This document shows, piece by piece, positions 40,524 through 48,167 of a stretch of 64,000 nucleotides of DNA. The notes under the pieces are model-generated. The model made no database searches. It worked only from the letters and a program-made list of their open reading frames with translations, and was not told the origin of the DNA. Both the position numbers and the translations under genes were made by a program. How positions within the stretch are numbered: the first letter of the stretch is position 1; every line of letters starts with the position of its first letter. This DNA is from an uncultured Candidatus Saccharibacteria bacterium (lineage in GTDB: Bacteria; Patescibacteriota; Minisyncoccia; Phycocordibacterales; UBA2100), in contig CAYRHX010000001.1 of NCBI GenBank assembly GCA_964424265.1, forward strand, positions 64,498-128,497, written 5' to 3'.

Positions 40524-41207
40524 CTACAATGTATATTTACCTTCTTTATCGTCACGCACGATTCGGCCCTGATCCATTGTGATGACGCGTCGCCCCACGG
40601 CATCTACCACTGATTTATTGTGCGTCGTGAGAAGGACGGTTGTCCCAAGGTCGTTGATCTTTTTCAAAATCCCTACAACGTCATGCGCATTTATGGGATC
40701 AAGATTGCCTGTCGGTTCGTCAGCAATCAAAACATCGGGCTGATTCACGATCGCACGTGCGATCGCCACGCGCTGCTGTTCGCCACCGGAAAGTTCGTGC
40801 GGGAAACTCCATATCTTTTCGGGAAGTCCTACGAGATCGAGCACGTGCGGTACGTCACCGGCGATATCTTCATCTGACCGTCCCGCCACTTCGAGAGCAA
40901 ATGCGATGTTTTCATAGACATTTTTCGTGGGCAGGAGCCTAAAGTCTTGGAAGATAGTGCCGATCTTGCGCCTCATTCGAAGCAAGTCGTTTCTCGATAA
41001 TTTGCTGATTTCGTGCGAACCGAAATACACTGCGCCCGACGTCGGCTCGACTTCCGCAAAAAGCATTTTGAGCAGAGTTGTCTTTCCCGCGCCTGAATGA
41101 CCGACGATCGATACGAATTCGCTCGGCTCGACAGTGAGCGTTATATCTTCGACAGCAGCCGGACCTCCTGCCTGATACACTTTTGTAACCTTGTCGAAAT
41201 AAATCAT
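40524..41207 (-). CDS. ftsE: Cell-division ATP-binding protein FtsE
   Basis: Walker A GHSGAGKTTLL, signature LSGGEQQRVAIARA, and Walker B VLIADEPTGNLD. Confidence 0.85.
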   Translation of the reverse strand: MIYFDKVTKVYQAGGPAAVEDITLTVEPSEFVSIVGHSGAGKTTLLKMLFAEVEPTSGAVYFGSHEISKLSRNDLLRMRRKIGTIFQDFRLLPTKNVYENIAFALEVAGRSDEDIAGDVPHVLDLVGLPEKIWSFPHELSGGEQQRVAIARAIVNQPDVLIADEPTGNLDPINAHDVVGILKKINDLGTTVLLTTHNKSVVDAVGRRVITMDQGRIVRDDKEGKYTL

Positions 41208-41224
41208 ACAAACAATGCTGCCTA

Positions 41225-42103
41225 TTATACCGCCTTTTCAGCATCTATGAATGATTGGATATCTCCGTTTAACACCTTGTCGACATCTCGCCGCTCATGA
41301 TCCGTTCGATGATCCTTAACCATCTGGTACGGATGTAATACGTACGAACGTATCTGACTTCCCCATTCAATCTTGGTCGTCGCTGCCACGGAGAGCCCTC
41401 TCGATTCGGCCTGCTCTTGTTCTTCACGTAGTCGATACAGCTTGCCTCTCAATAATTCGAGTGCCTTCTCACGATTTTGCGCCTGACTGCGCTCAGAAGT
41501 GACATGGACGGAAAAACCCGTCGGCTTATGTGTCATTCGCACGGCCGTGTCACGCTTGTTGACGTTTTGCCCACCCGGACCCCCTGAACGAGCAACGGTA
41601 ATTTCGAGATCCGTTTCAGAAATTTTCAGATCTCCCTGGTCGGGAAGTTTGGGAAGTATTTCAACAAGCGAAAAGGAAGTCTGGCGCTTTCCCGCGGAAT
41701 TAAAAGGTGACATGCGAACCAGACGATGCACACCTGCCTCATGCTTCAACGTGCCATATGCATTTTTTCCATCTACTTCAAAAGAAATGCTACGGTAACC
41801 TCCCATCGAATTTTCGTTTGCCCCAATGAGTCCGGTATTCCATCCCTTTGATGCAGAATATTTTTTATACATCTCGAAGAGGATCCTAGAAAAGTCCTCG
41901 GCGTCGTCTCCCCCCGCCCCCGAAACTATGGTGACCAGCGCGTCCTTCGTGTCGTGAGCGCCACCACCTTCCAATGTGGTTTTCAAATCCTGGTACTCTT
42001 TCAAAATTGCTTGCGCCTTGCCCTTGTCGACCCAAAAATCTGATGCTGCCATCATAGCTTCGATCTCTGAAATTCGTGCCTCTATGCCCGCCTTTGAATG
42101 CAT
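41225..42103 (-). CDS. prfB: Peptide chain release factor 2 with a short domain 1 and no programmed frameshift
   Basis: SPF tripeptide ([15 protein letters not shown]), GGQ motif ([11 protein letters not shown]), and a C-terminal [14 protein letters not shown]. Length 292 aa. No upstream ORF0/CUU-UGA-C frameshift context was found. Confidence 0.8.
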   Translation of the reverse strand: MHSKAGIEARISEIEAMMAASDFWVDKGKAQAILKEYQDLKTTLEGGGAHDTKDALVTIVSGAGGDDAEDFSRILFEMYKKYSASKGWNTGLIGANENSMGGYRSISFEVDGKNAYGTLKHEAGVHRLVRMSPFNSAGKRQTSFSLVEILPKLPDQGDLKISETDLEITVARSGGPGGQNVNKRDTAVRMTHKPTGFSVHVTSERSQAQNREKALELLRGKLYRLREEQEQAESRGLSVAATTKIEWGSQIRSYVLHPYQMVKDHRTDHERRDVDKVLNGDIQSFIDAEKAV

Positions 42104-42160
42104 TCGATGAGTATACCCCGTGAAATAAAAGTGTTCGACCCTGTGATATATACTTGACGC

Positions 42161-42469
42161 ATGGAGATTTCCCCGGAAAGAATGAATATGTGGGTGCCGG
42201 CTCCTGGTACTATCGTCCGTATGAAACGAGGTTTTGACAACTCCCGAGAAGCCTCTGCATTGGCGCGAGCGGGTGTAGACGAGCTGAAGGAGGGGAAACT
42301 CTACGAAGTCCTAGAGTATATTCAAAACCCAGAACAGCGGGCACTGCGCCTGCAAGAAGTGGAGATTACATATATAGGTGGAAAGCAACACAAAAAGGTG
42401 ACTCGAATAATCCCTTTCACCCCAAAACTAGATTTTTTTGAGCCCGCGAGAGAACACTACGATACATAG
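42161..42469 (+). CDS. Hypothetical protein
   Basis: 102-aa ORF with no recognisable motifs. It is the only plus-strand ORF in this stretch. Confidence 0.35.
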   Translation: MEISPERMNMWVPAPGTIVRMKRGFDNSREASALARAGVDELKEGKLYEVLEYIQNPEQRALRLQEVEITYIGGKQHKKVTRIIPFTPKLDFFEPAREHYDT

Positions 42470-42495
42470 CATTGATTTTGCCGACCGAGACTCGG

Positions 42496-42568
42496 AGCCA
42501 CCTCGCGGAATTGAACCGCGGACCCCAACTTTACGAAAGTTGTGCTCTACCAACTGAGCTAAGGTGGC
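42496..42568 (-). tRNA. tRNA-Thr (anticodon CGT)
   Basis: Minus-strand cloverleaf GCCACCT...CAACT-TTCGTAA-AGTTG...CGCGG-TTCAATT-CCGCG-AGGTGGC-T. Length 73 nt. CCA is not encoded. Confidence 0.85.
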
Positions 42569-42616
42569 AAACACAAACATCCTACGCTAAAAACCTATGG
42601 ATTTCCAATTTGCGTG

Positions 42617-42689
42617 AGCCGATGTCCGGGATTGAACCGGAGACCTCGTCCTTACCAAGGACGTGCTCTACCAACTGAGCTACATCGGC
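42617..42689 (-). tRNA. tRNA-Thr (anticodon GGT)
   Basis: Minus-strand cloverleaf GCCGATG...CGTCC-TTGGTAA-GGACG...TCCGG-TTCAATC-CCGGA-CATCGGC-T. Length 73 nt. Confidence 0.85.
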
Positions 42690-42728
42690 TTTTGCTCCGT
42701 TCTCTGGTTCGGAGCTTCGCAGAGAATA

Positions 42729-43385
42729 TCACGAGACGGGATACTCCCACAATTTTTCAATAATCGGAGCGACTGCCGCGTCATTGATATTCTCGGGACG
42801 AATCGAAGCGCCGACAAACAATTCCTCCTCAAGATCATGCGCAGCCTGCGCGAGACTTTGAAATTCTGCGTCGGACCGCGTCGAAAAAGAGGACTTTTTT
42901 TTCTTGTAGCGTTCCCTTCCCTCAGAAAGACGATCACGCAGAGAAAGTACGCCATGTGGCCCTACGCGCATGTCGGCATACTGGCAAATTTTGAGCTCAA
43001 TGGATCCGTTTTCTAAGATAGTTTTTACCTTACCAAAACCACTCGAGTTCATGATTTCAATTGCCGATTGCGGAAGACCGATCTCTCGAGCAATCGCGGC
43101 GTTTACCGTGTGCTGTTCGGCTCCATATTTTTCGAGAAAATCTTTCTTTACTGACTCCCAGTACTCACGACCTTCTGGCTGTATGAAATCTGGAAAGTAA
43201 TCGAGGTCTGACTTTACGATGTTACCCATGTCGTGAAAAAGGCATTCAAGGAGCACCGTGTGCATATCGATAGATCTGCCGGTGTTTTCACACACCATCT
43301 TCGCCACAGCCGCCACGCGCAGCTGATGAAATCGCAAACTCGACATGATCCTATAGTGCGCGTAAATCTCGCGCGGCGTTTTCAT
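42729..43385 (-). CDS. HD-domain phosphohydrolase
   Basis: H...HD...D pattern (FHQLRVAAVAKMV ... LFHDMGN ... YADMRVG). Length 218 aa. Confidence 0.65.
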   Translation of the reverse strand: MKTPREIYAHYRIMSSLRFHQLRVAAVAKMVCENTGRSIDMHTVLLECLFHDMGNIVKSDLDYFPDFIQPEGREYWESVKKDFLEKYGAEQHTVNAAIAREIGLPQSAIEIMNSSGFGKVKTILENGSIELKICQYADMRVGPHGVLSLRDRLSEGRERYKKKKSSFSTRSDAEFQSLAQAAHDLEEELFVGASIRPENINDAAVAPIIEKLWEYPVS

Positions 43386-43401
43386 GAACCGATTCTAACA
43401 C

Positions 43402-43992
43402 CTACGCCGCTTTTTCTAGATGGCTCGATTCGTTGTCATTGGCTGCAGCGTCTTCAATAATTAAACGATTCTGATGTTCAGGAAAAGTGCGATACCGCTT
43501 AAACCCTTCTGATTGCGCTACTGGCCGAATATGAAGTTTGGAATAACTTTGCGCCCCCTTTTCAAGCTGTGTCAATGCACCGTTAATGAGGTTCACAATT
43601 ATTGACTGCTGCTCTTCCGAATCATTGGTGCTCATCCATAGGTTTTTGACCTCTGCGGTATGCGTACCTTTCTCGACAGAAATAAATCCGACTACTTTCT
43701 CTCCTTCTTTTGCCACGAGCGTCAATCCGCTACGCTCCGATACTCTCATCTCCTCCAATATATTATGGAGCGCCGTCTTTCGCTCCGAAATACTTCCACC
43801 TTTCGACTGGTCGAGTGTCGTATCCAGCGCATTCTTCTCCAGACCAGCGATTTGATGTTCATATTCGTTCAAACGAGCTCGCTCCACAACCTCTACTTGG
43901 ATACCCCGCGTCTCTGGCGACTCAGATTGAGACGCCCCCTTTCCTATCCCCTCTCCTCCTTTTGGCATCAACATATACAGGAATCGTAGCAC
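43402..43992 (-). CDS. Hypothetical protein with weak acetyltransferase-like features
   Basis: 196 aa. LTLVAKEGEKVVGFISVEKG is weakly GNAT-like. No confident motif. Confidence 0.4.
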   Translation of the reverse strand: MLRFLYMLMPKGGEGIGKGASQSESPETRGIQVEVVERARLNEYEHQIAGLEKNALDTTLDQSKGGSISERKTALHNILEEMRVSERSGLTLVAKEGEKVVGFISVEKGTHTAEVKNLWMSTNDSEEQQSIIVNLINGALTQLEKGAQSYSKLHIRPVAQSEGFKRYRTFPEHQNRLIIEDAAANDNESSHLEKAA

Positions 43993-44059
43993 ATTTATGT
44001 AAAAGGCAATGCCAAGCTCATTGTGCGCATTTAGGGACTAGGTCACAAATATCTCCTCG

Positions 44060-44330
44060 CCGCCGCTCGGACATTCCGCGACCCCGGCTCGCGGTTCGAC
44101 CTACTAGCCTCACGTCGCTCCGCCCTTCGAGTCCCTGCACTCTGCTGCAGAAATATAGTCGACCGACGCTCCGCGTCGTTCTCTTTATTTTTGCGCGAGT
44201 GAGACTCGGTCACAGATAATTCGTTTGCCGTTGCAAGCGAATTTCCGCGACCCCGACTCGGCGACCCGTTTGCTAACGGGTACCCCGCCTCCTTCTTTCG
44301 AGTTCCTTCACTTCGCTCCAAAATACAACA
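44060..44330. repeat. Degenerate tandem duplication carrying tRNA-Asp-derived fragments
   Basis: Two diverged ~80-nt units start at 44068 and 44243; each begins TTCCGCGACCCCG and contains CTTCGAGT(C/T)CCT(G/T)CACT(C)T(G)C, which resembles the tRNA-Asp T-arm/acceptor 3' half in inverted orientation. A direct partial copy of the tRNA-Asp 3' end (TTTTGCGCGAGTGAGACTCG) lies at 44189-44215. Confidence 0.5.
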
Positions 44331-44354
44331 AACCTAAAGACACGCTTTAGGTTT
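44321..44354 (-). terminator. Intrinsic terminator immediately 3' of tRNA-Asp
   Basis: Minus strand reads AAACCTAAAG-cgtgt-CTTTAGGTTT followed by GTTGTATTTTGG. Confidence 0.5.
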
Positions 44355-44363
44355 GGCGTTTTG

Positions 44364-44437
44364 CGCGAGTGAAGGGACTCGAACCCTCGACCTTTCCCGT
44401 GACAGGGGAACGCTCTAACCAGCTGAGCTACACCCGC
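44364..44437 (-). tRNA. tRNA-Asp (anticodon GTC)
   Basis: Minus-strand cloverleaf GCGGGTG...TTCCC-CTGTCAC-GGGAA...GAGGG-TTCGAGT-CCCTT-CACTCGC-G. Length 74 nt. Discriminator G, as in bacterial tRNA-Asp. Confidence 0.9.
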
Positions 44438-44518
44438 AGTATTCGCAACGATCGCACGACTTCATGCGACCGCGACACGCACACAATACTTGAAAAAACG
44501 AGTTCTATCAATCTCTCA

Positions 44519-44590
44519 TGCCGACGGCAGGGATCGAACCTGCGGCCCAGCCCTTATGAAAGGCTTGCTCTGCCACTGAGCTACGTCGGC
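44519..44590 (-). tRNA. tRNA with CAT anticodon: elongator Met or lysidine-modified Ile2
   Basis: Minus-strand cloverleaf GCCGACG...AGCCT-TTCATAA-GGGCT...GCAGG-TTCGATC-CCTGC-CGTCGGC-A. G1:C72 is paired, so it is not an initiator. Length 72 nt. Confidence 0.8.
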
Positions 44591-45279
44591 CTCTTGGGAT
44601 GCGCACCGAGTGCATCTATATAACCGAGAATTTTGTATTTCAAATCCGTCCCCCTTCTCACCCGCAGTGCTAAGACACCATAATACGAATTATGATTTTC
44701 GTAAACCTTCTTGTTCTTTACTTTTATGAACACGACCTTCCGAAATTGATTATACGGCATCTCAAGCAAGCGGGACCAGAATTGCATGATGACCCTCTCT
44801 CGCGATCGGTGTGATTCGTTGATAAACACCTGAGGTCGAAACATTTCCCTTGGGACACCGAAAACTAGTCGGAACCATTCCAGCATAAAGAGAACGAGGC
44901 CGGGATCTGAATTTGATATTGCCACCGTCCCCTTTCCTTTTATCCCCTCACCCCAATACACGCCGAGTCCTGCAAGAAAAATCTCGCGACGAGTCAGTAC
45001 GTGAAAATCACGGTACGCTTCGGCACGATGCCGAGCAATCGTGTCTTCTTTCTTCTTTTGATTCGTAGCTGCCCCATTGAGTTGCCCTCGCCGAACACCT
45101 CTCTCAGCACGCCTCATGAGTGTGTCTTTCTGCTTTTCGGTCAAAGCTATGTCTGAGCACCACACGCTAACGCTCGCACGAGAAACGCCGAGCTCGGTGG
45201 CAATCGAACGAATTCCCCATCCCTTCTTCCGAAGGACACGCGCACTAATCCGTTTTTCAGACTTTGCCATTATGTGCAT
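44581..45279 (-). CDS. HTH plus LAGLIDADG-like (homing-endonuclease-like) domain protein
   Basis: N-terminal transposase/resolvase-type HTH (RVLRKKGWGIRSIATELGVSRASVSVW). It is followed by FLAGLGVYWGEGIKGKGTVAISNSDPGLVLFMLEWF, which resembles a single LAGLIDADG motif with the following beta-strands. The 3' end overlaps the tRNA-CAT 5' end by about 10 nt. Confidence 0.45.
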   Translation of the reverse strand: MHIMAKSEKRISARVLRKKGWGIRSIATELGVSRASVSVWCSDIALTEKQKDTLMRRAERGVRRGQLNGAATNQKKKEDTIARHRAEAYRDFHVLTRREIFLAGLGVYWGEGIKGKGTVAISNSDPGLVLFMLEWFRLVFGVPREMFRPQVFINESHRSRERVIMQFWSRLLEMPYNQFRKVVFIKVKNKKVYENHNSYYGVLALRVRRGTDLKYKILGYIDALGAHPKRPT

Positions 45280-45347
45280 TATACAGCCCGAAGACGCATG
45301 TTTATTTCTCTATCCGCACAAGCCTGCCGCATGATATTCTCACACAC

Positions 45348-45524
45348 ATGTGGCACATCGTCTTGATCACTAATTCCATCCTGCTGGCACTTTCAGCACT
45401 CTACCTCGTCTATTCATTCGGTCATCTTATTTTGACCTTTTCTTGGAAGGAATTCCTTCTCGCCCTCGTCATCTTCGCCTTCCTCGCCGTGGCCGAGGTG
45501 GCCCTCGGCGCCATCAACTCCTAA
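45348..45524 (+). CDS. Possible small membrane protein (58 aa)
   Basis: MWHIVLITNSILLALSALYLVYSFGHLILTFSWKEFLLALVIFAFLAVAEV forms two hydrophobic helices. A terminator-like hairpin follows it on the plus strand. Confidence 0.3.
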   Translation: MWHIVLITNSILLALSALYLVYSFGHLILTFSWKEFLLALVIFAFLAVAEVALGAINS

Positions 45525-45542
45525 CGAGTCTAACTGAACATT

Positions 45543-45575
45543 GAAAAGCCCTCGCGAGTCGAGAGCTTTTACAGT
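45543..45575. terminator. Terminator-like hairpin; first copy of a repeated about 48-nt element
   Basis: GAAAAGCCCTCG-cgagt-CGAGAGCTTTTAC followed by AGTGTTTGCGG. It lies between the convergent small plus ORF and the minus-strand UPF0114 gene. Confidence 0.45.
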
Positions 45576-45630
45576 GTTTGCGGCGCGTTACTCCGGACAC
45601 TCACTTGTCTTTCCGCAAGGCGACAACTTC

Positions 45631-46146
45631 TTATGTTTTACTTGCCCTAGTTAAATATTCTGAAAATGCAATCCCCATAGCAGCAAACACGAACAGCACG
45701 TGGATAAGAACGACTACAGCAATATCTTTCACTGGCATACTCCCCTGTAGGTAGGTCTTGAGTGCGTGAACGCCAGAGATAGAAATAATTGCGAAAGCGA
45801 GCTTCAACTTCAGATTATAGGTGTTTACATGATCTAACCAATCGGGTTTAGTAATCTCTTTTCCCTCAAAATGGGCATTTGTTACAAAAAGAGAGAAACC
45901 CGCGAGTGCTACGACCCACACGAGTTGAGCAACCATTGTGATATCTACAAGCTCGAGAACTTTGATAATCAGGTCAATCTTTCCGATCTCTTGACCCAGA
46001 ACTGATACGAGGAGGTGCAGGATCTCCAAGCTGAATTTCCAAAGAATGGCAAGTAAAATTATGATTAGCCCAATATAAAAGAAAGACATGACAAATCGCA
46101 TCTTAAAAAGCGTTTCTCCGACAAAGGCAAGAAGAGTTCTTTCCAT
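45631..46146 (-). CDS. UPF0114/YqhA-family membrane protein
   Basis: MERTLL start and LIIKVLELVDITMVAQLVWVVALAGF ... ISISGVHALKTYL match the YqhA pattern of about 165 aa with four TM helices. Confidence 0.6.
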   Translation of the reverse strand: MERTLLAFVGETLFKMRFVMSFFYIGLIIILLAILWKFSLEILHLLVSVLGQEIGKIDLIIKVLELVDITMVAQLVWVVALAGFSLFVTNAHFEGKEITKPDWLDHVNTYNLKLKLAFAIISISGVHALKTYLQGSMPVKDIAVVVLIHVLFVFAAMGIAFSEYLTRASKT

Positions 46147-46296
46147 GAAGCTATACTAACGACACGACTCCTATTTGCAAGCCCGCACGCGTGTAAAGCA
46201 GTTTGCTCGCTCCCCGCACAATCAAAATACCGAAAAACCTCCCGCACGGAGAGGCTTTTCTGTACTTGTTGCACTCATAGGACGGGTGGCATCTGC

Positions 46297-46821
46297 TTAT
46301 CGAATGGCGGCAGTCGGCACGTGCCGTGCTTGAGTGTTAGTAGTAGCGAGCCGAATGAGGTTCTCGGGAGTCAAACTTGAAGCAACGAAATCCCTGACCT
46401 TACCCCAGTCTTTAAAAGTGAATTTATAAGGTGCGCTCGGCTTGACCAGGAGAGGAATCTCTAGGCGCGAATACTGTCCGACTTCTTTTGGAACAATGTA
46501 ATTGCCTGGCTCTATATCCATTTCTTTGGTTGCATCGAGTTTTGAAGCGTCGTATCCGTTTATATCTTGCTTAGGTACACGAACTGTCACGATATTCCCT
46601 CCGGGTTTTCGTGTGTTAATGTAGGCCGATAAGTCGCCCAAATTGCTAGTGAACCACGTACCCACGAGATCTCTTTTGCTTACATCTCCCTCCCTTCTTT
46701 CGTCGTATGCCTCGGTTGGTTTTTCATAGCGATACAGTGTGACATATTGCTCATCGCGGTACACGTCGGCTACAGTTCGCTCCACTGGTTTATCTACCTT
46801 TTCTGCGCGTGCTCTTTCCAC
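46297..46821 (-). CDS. Hypothetical protein (track start codon is GTG)
   Basis: 174 aa, hydrophilic, with no recognisable motifs. Confidence 0.45.
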   Translation of the reverse strand: MERARAEKVDKPVERTVADVYRDEQYVTLYRYEKPTEAYDERREGDVSKRDLVGTWFTSNLGDLSAYINTRKPGGNIVTVRVPKQDINGYDASKLDATKEMDIEPGNYIVPKEVGQYSRLEIPLLVKPSAPYKFTFKDWGKVRDFVASSLTPENLIRLATTNTQARHVPTAAIR

Positions 46822-47044
46822 ACAGAAATAGTACCACGCACTCTAAAGCGTGCTGATGACCAACCCAGTCCTATTTACTACTCTTCGTGTTGCGGGGGGA
46901 GGCTCGGTCACCTCGAAATTGCGCCGTCGCACAATTTCTCCTCGACCCCGGAATTTTGGTTTTGCCTACTGACAAAACATCATAATTCCTTGCAAGTCCT
47001 CACACGAGGCGCGCAGGCGCCTCGTTCCTCGCACAATCCCAACA

Positions 47045-47084
47045 CTGAAAAAGCTCTCGACGAGCGAGAGCCTTTTCAGTTTTT
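47045..47084 (+). terminator. Intrinsic terminator on the plus strand; second copy of the repeated element
   Basis: CTGAAAAAGCTCTCG-acgag-CGAGAGCCTTTTCAG followed by TTTTTGTTG. There is no upstream plus-strand ORF, which suggests a non-coding transcript. Confidence 0.55.
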
Positions 47085-47090
47085 GTTGCG

Positions 47091-47403
47091 GGGGCAGGAC
47101 TTGCACCTGCGACCTCAAGGTTATGCATACCACTTCGACTTTGGCCGCGGCAAATCCCATAAAATTCACAGGACGCCTTCGTGGTCTGGACTATACCTTC
47201 ATCCCGTCGAATTGCCATTGCGGCAATCAGTCGGGAGCCTGCCATCTAGTCTCTACACCTTCTCTTCGATTTCTCTCAGAGCTTGGCTCGGTATTGCCAC
47301 TTCGCACAGCGGAAGAGGTTTCACCGAATTTGACAAGTGTTCCGATCACAATTACTCGTGAGCGAGCCCAATGTGAGCCTTGCGAGCTACTACTGCTCCA
47401 CCC
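47091..47403 (+). ncRNA. Structured RNA with tRNA-like termini; tentative tmRNA (ssrA) candidate
   Basis: 5' GGGGCAG at 47091 pairs with 3' CTGCTCC at 47393-47399, including a G3:U70 wobble. Discriminator A and CC follow. CAAGGTTATGCATACC resembles the E. coli tmRNA PK1 segment CAAGGUGCAUGCC. The region is ORF-free and hairpin-rich. No canonical T-arm or ...AA-stop tag frame was found, and the strand assignment is uncertain. Confidence 0.3.
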
Positions 47404-47458
47404 CGCTGCGAGAAATATACTACAAAAAGGTAGGAGCGCAATGTTCCGGAGGAAAAAA

Positions 47459-48160
47459 TTACTGGATGTAGTGAAATTCTCTCAGAACTCTCTCATACAA
47501 AGCGATGACGCGTCGTATCTCGCGCTCGGTCATCGTGTGAGCGTCGCCGTCGTGAGCAATCCTATTGCGCACTTTGTGCGCTTCCCAGGCAAGATCAATC
47601 GTATTGAAATTTGCCCGATCAACATTGCGCATTTTGTCGGCCATAGTTTCTCCTTTGTACCCCAAAACGTCGAGAAGTTCATTGAGCATGATGTCCGCTT
47701 CAAGTATTGCGAGGCGCGCCGCCTTTGGGTTATCACCCGATACCTGCTCAAGAATCCTATTCCACCGAAGCTGCACCTTAGGCGTGTCGTGTGCGGCTAC
47801 TGCATTTTGCGCTGCAGCAAATCGATGTCGCTCCTTCTGACGTATTTGAAAGACACGAACACAGCAATAAATGATGAGCGCGATGAAAGATAGCGAAAAT
47901 AGGAGTGAGAACGCAACAAACGTGCTCCATTTATGGAAAATGGCATCGTAGGCCCCTGGAGCAGAGGCCATCTGGAGGTATTCGACAACCTGAGGCGCGC
48001 TCACAGGAGTGGTGATGATGGTAGTAACTGGGTCTGGCCCACTACCCGCACCTGTGCCCACGATAGATGCCACGGTACCCGGCACCCACTTGAACGCGAG
48101 TTCGCTCAAAAACCAGAGCGACCAACCGATTGAACCGTCGGTAGTAAGTGTTGGCTCCAT
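47459..48160 (-). CDS. Membrane-anchored HEPN/DUF4145-like domain protein
   Basis: N-terminal TM helices. C-terminal about 110 aa read AARLAILEADIMLNELL ... WEAHKVRNRIAHDGDAHTMTEREIRRVIALYERVL, containing the HEPN R-x4-H motif (RNRIAH). Confidence 0.5.
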   Translation of the reverse strand: MEPTLTTDGSIGWSLWFLSELAFKWVPGTVASIVGTGAGSGPDPVTTIITTPVSAPQVVEYLQMASAPGAYDAIFHKWSTFVAFSLLFSLSFIALIIYCCVRVFQIRQKERHRFAAAQNAVAAHDTPKVQLRWNRILEQVSGDNPKAARLAILEADIMLNELLDVLGYKGETMADKMRNVDRANFNTIDLAWEAHKVRNRIAHDGDAHTMTEREIRRVIALYERVLREFHYIQ

Positions 48161-48167
48161 GCGTGGA

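Noticed and set aside
42104-42200. Programmed +1 frameshift ORF0 upstream of prfB
   Set aside because: The only upstream frame encodes [26 protein letters not shown], which has no resemblance to the RF2 N-terminus, and no CUU-UGA-C context is present.
47091-47403. A canonical tmRNA tag-peptide reading frame
   Set aside because: The only stop-terminated frame ends ...AIAAISREPAI-TAG, which is unlike known ssrA tags ending in AA or hydrophobic residues. The tmRNA call is therefore kept tentative rather than asserted.
46747-47893. Long plus-strand ORFs (204 and 256 aa) running through the structured non-coding region
   Set aside because: The translations are low complexity. The sequence is dominated by perfect hairpins and tRNA-like pairing, and the 256-aa ORF is antisense to the HEPN-like gene.
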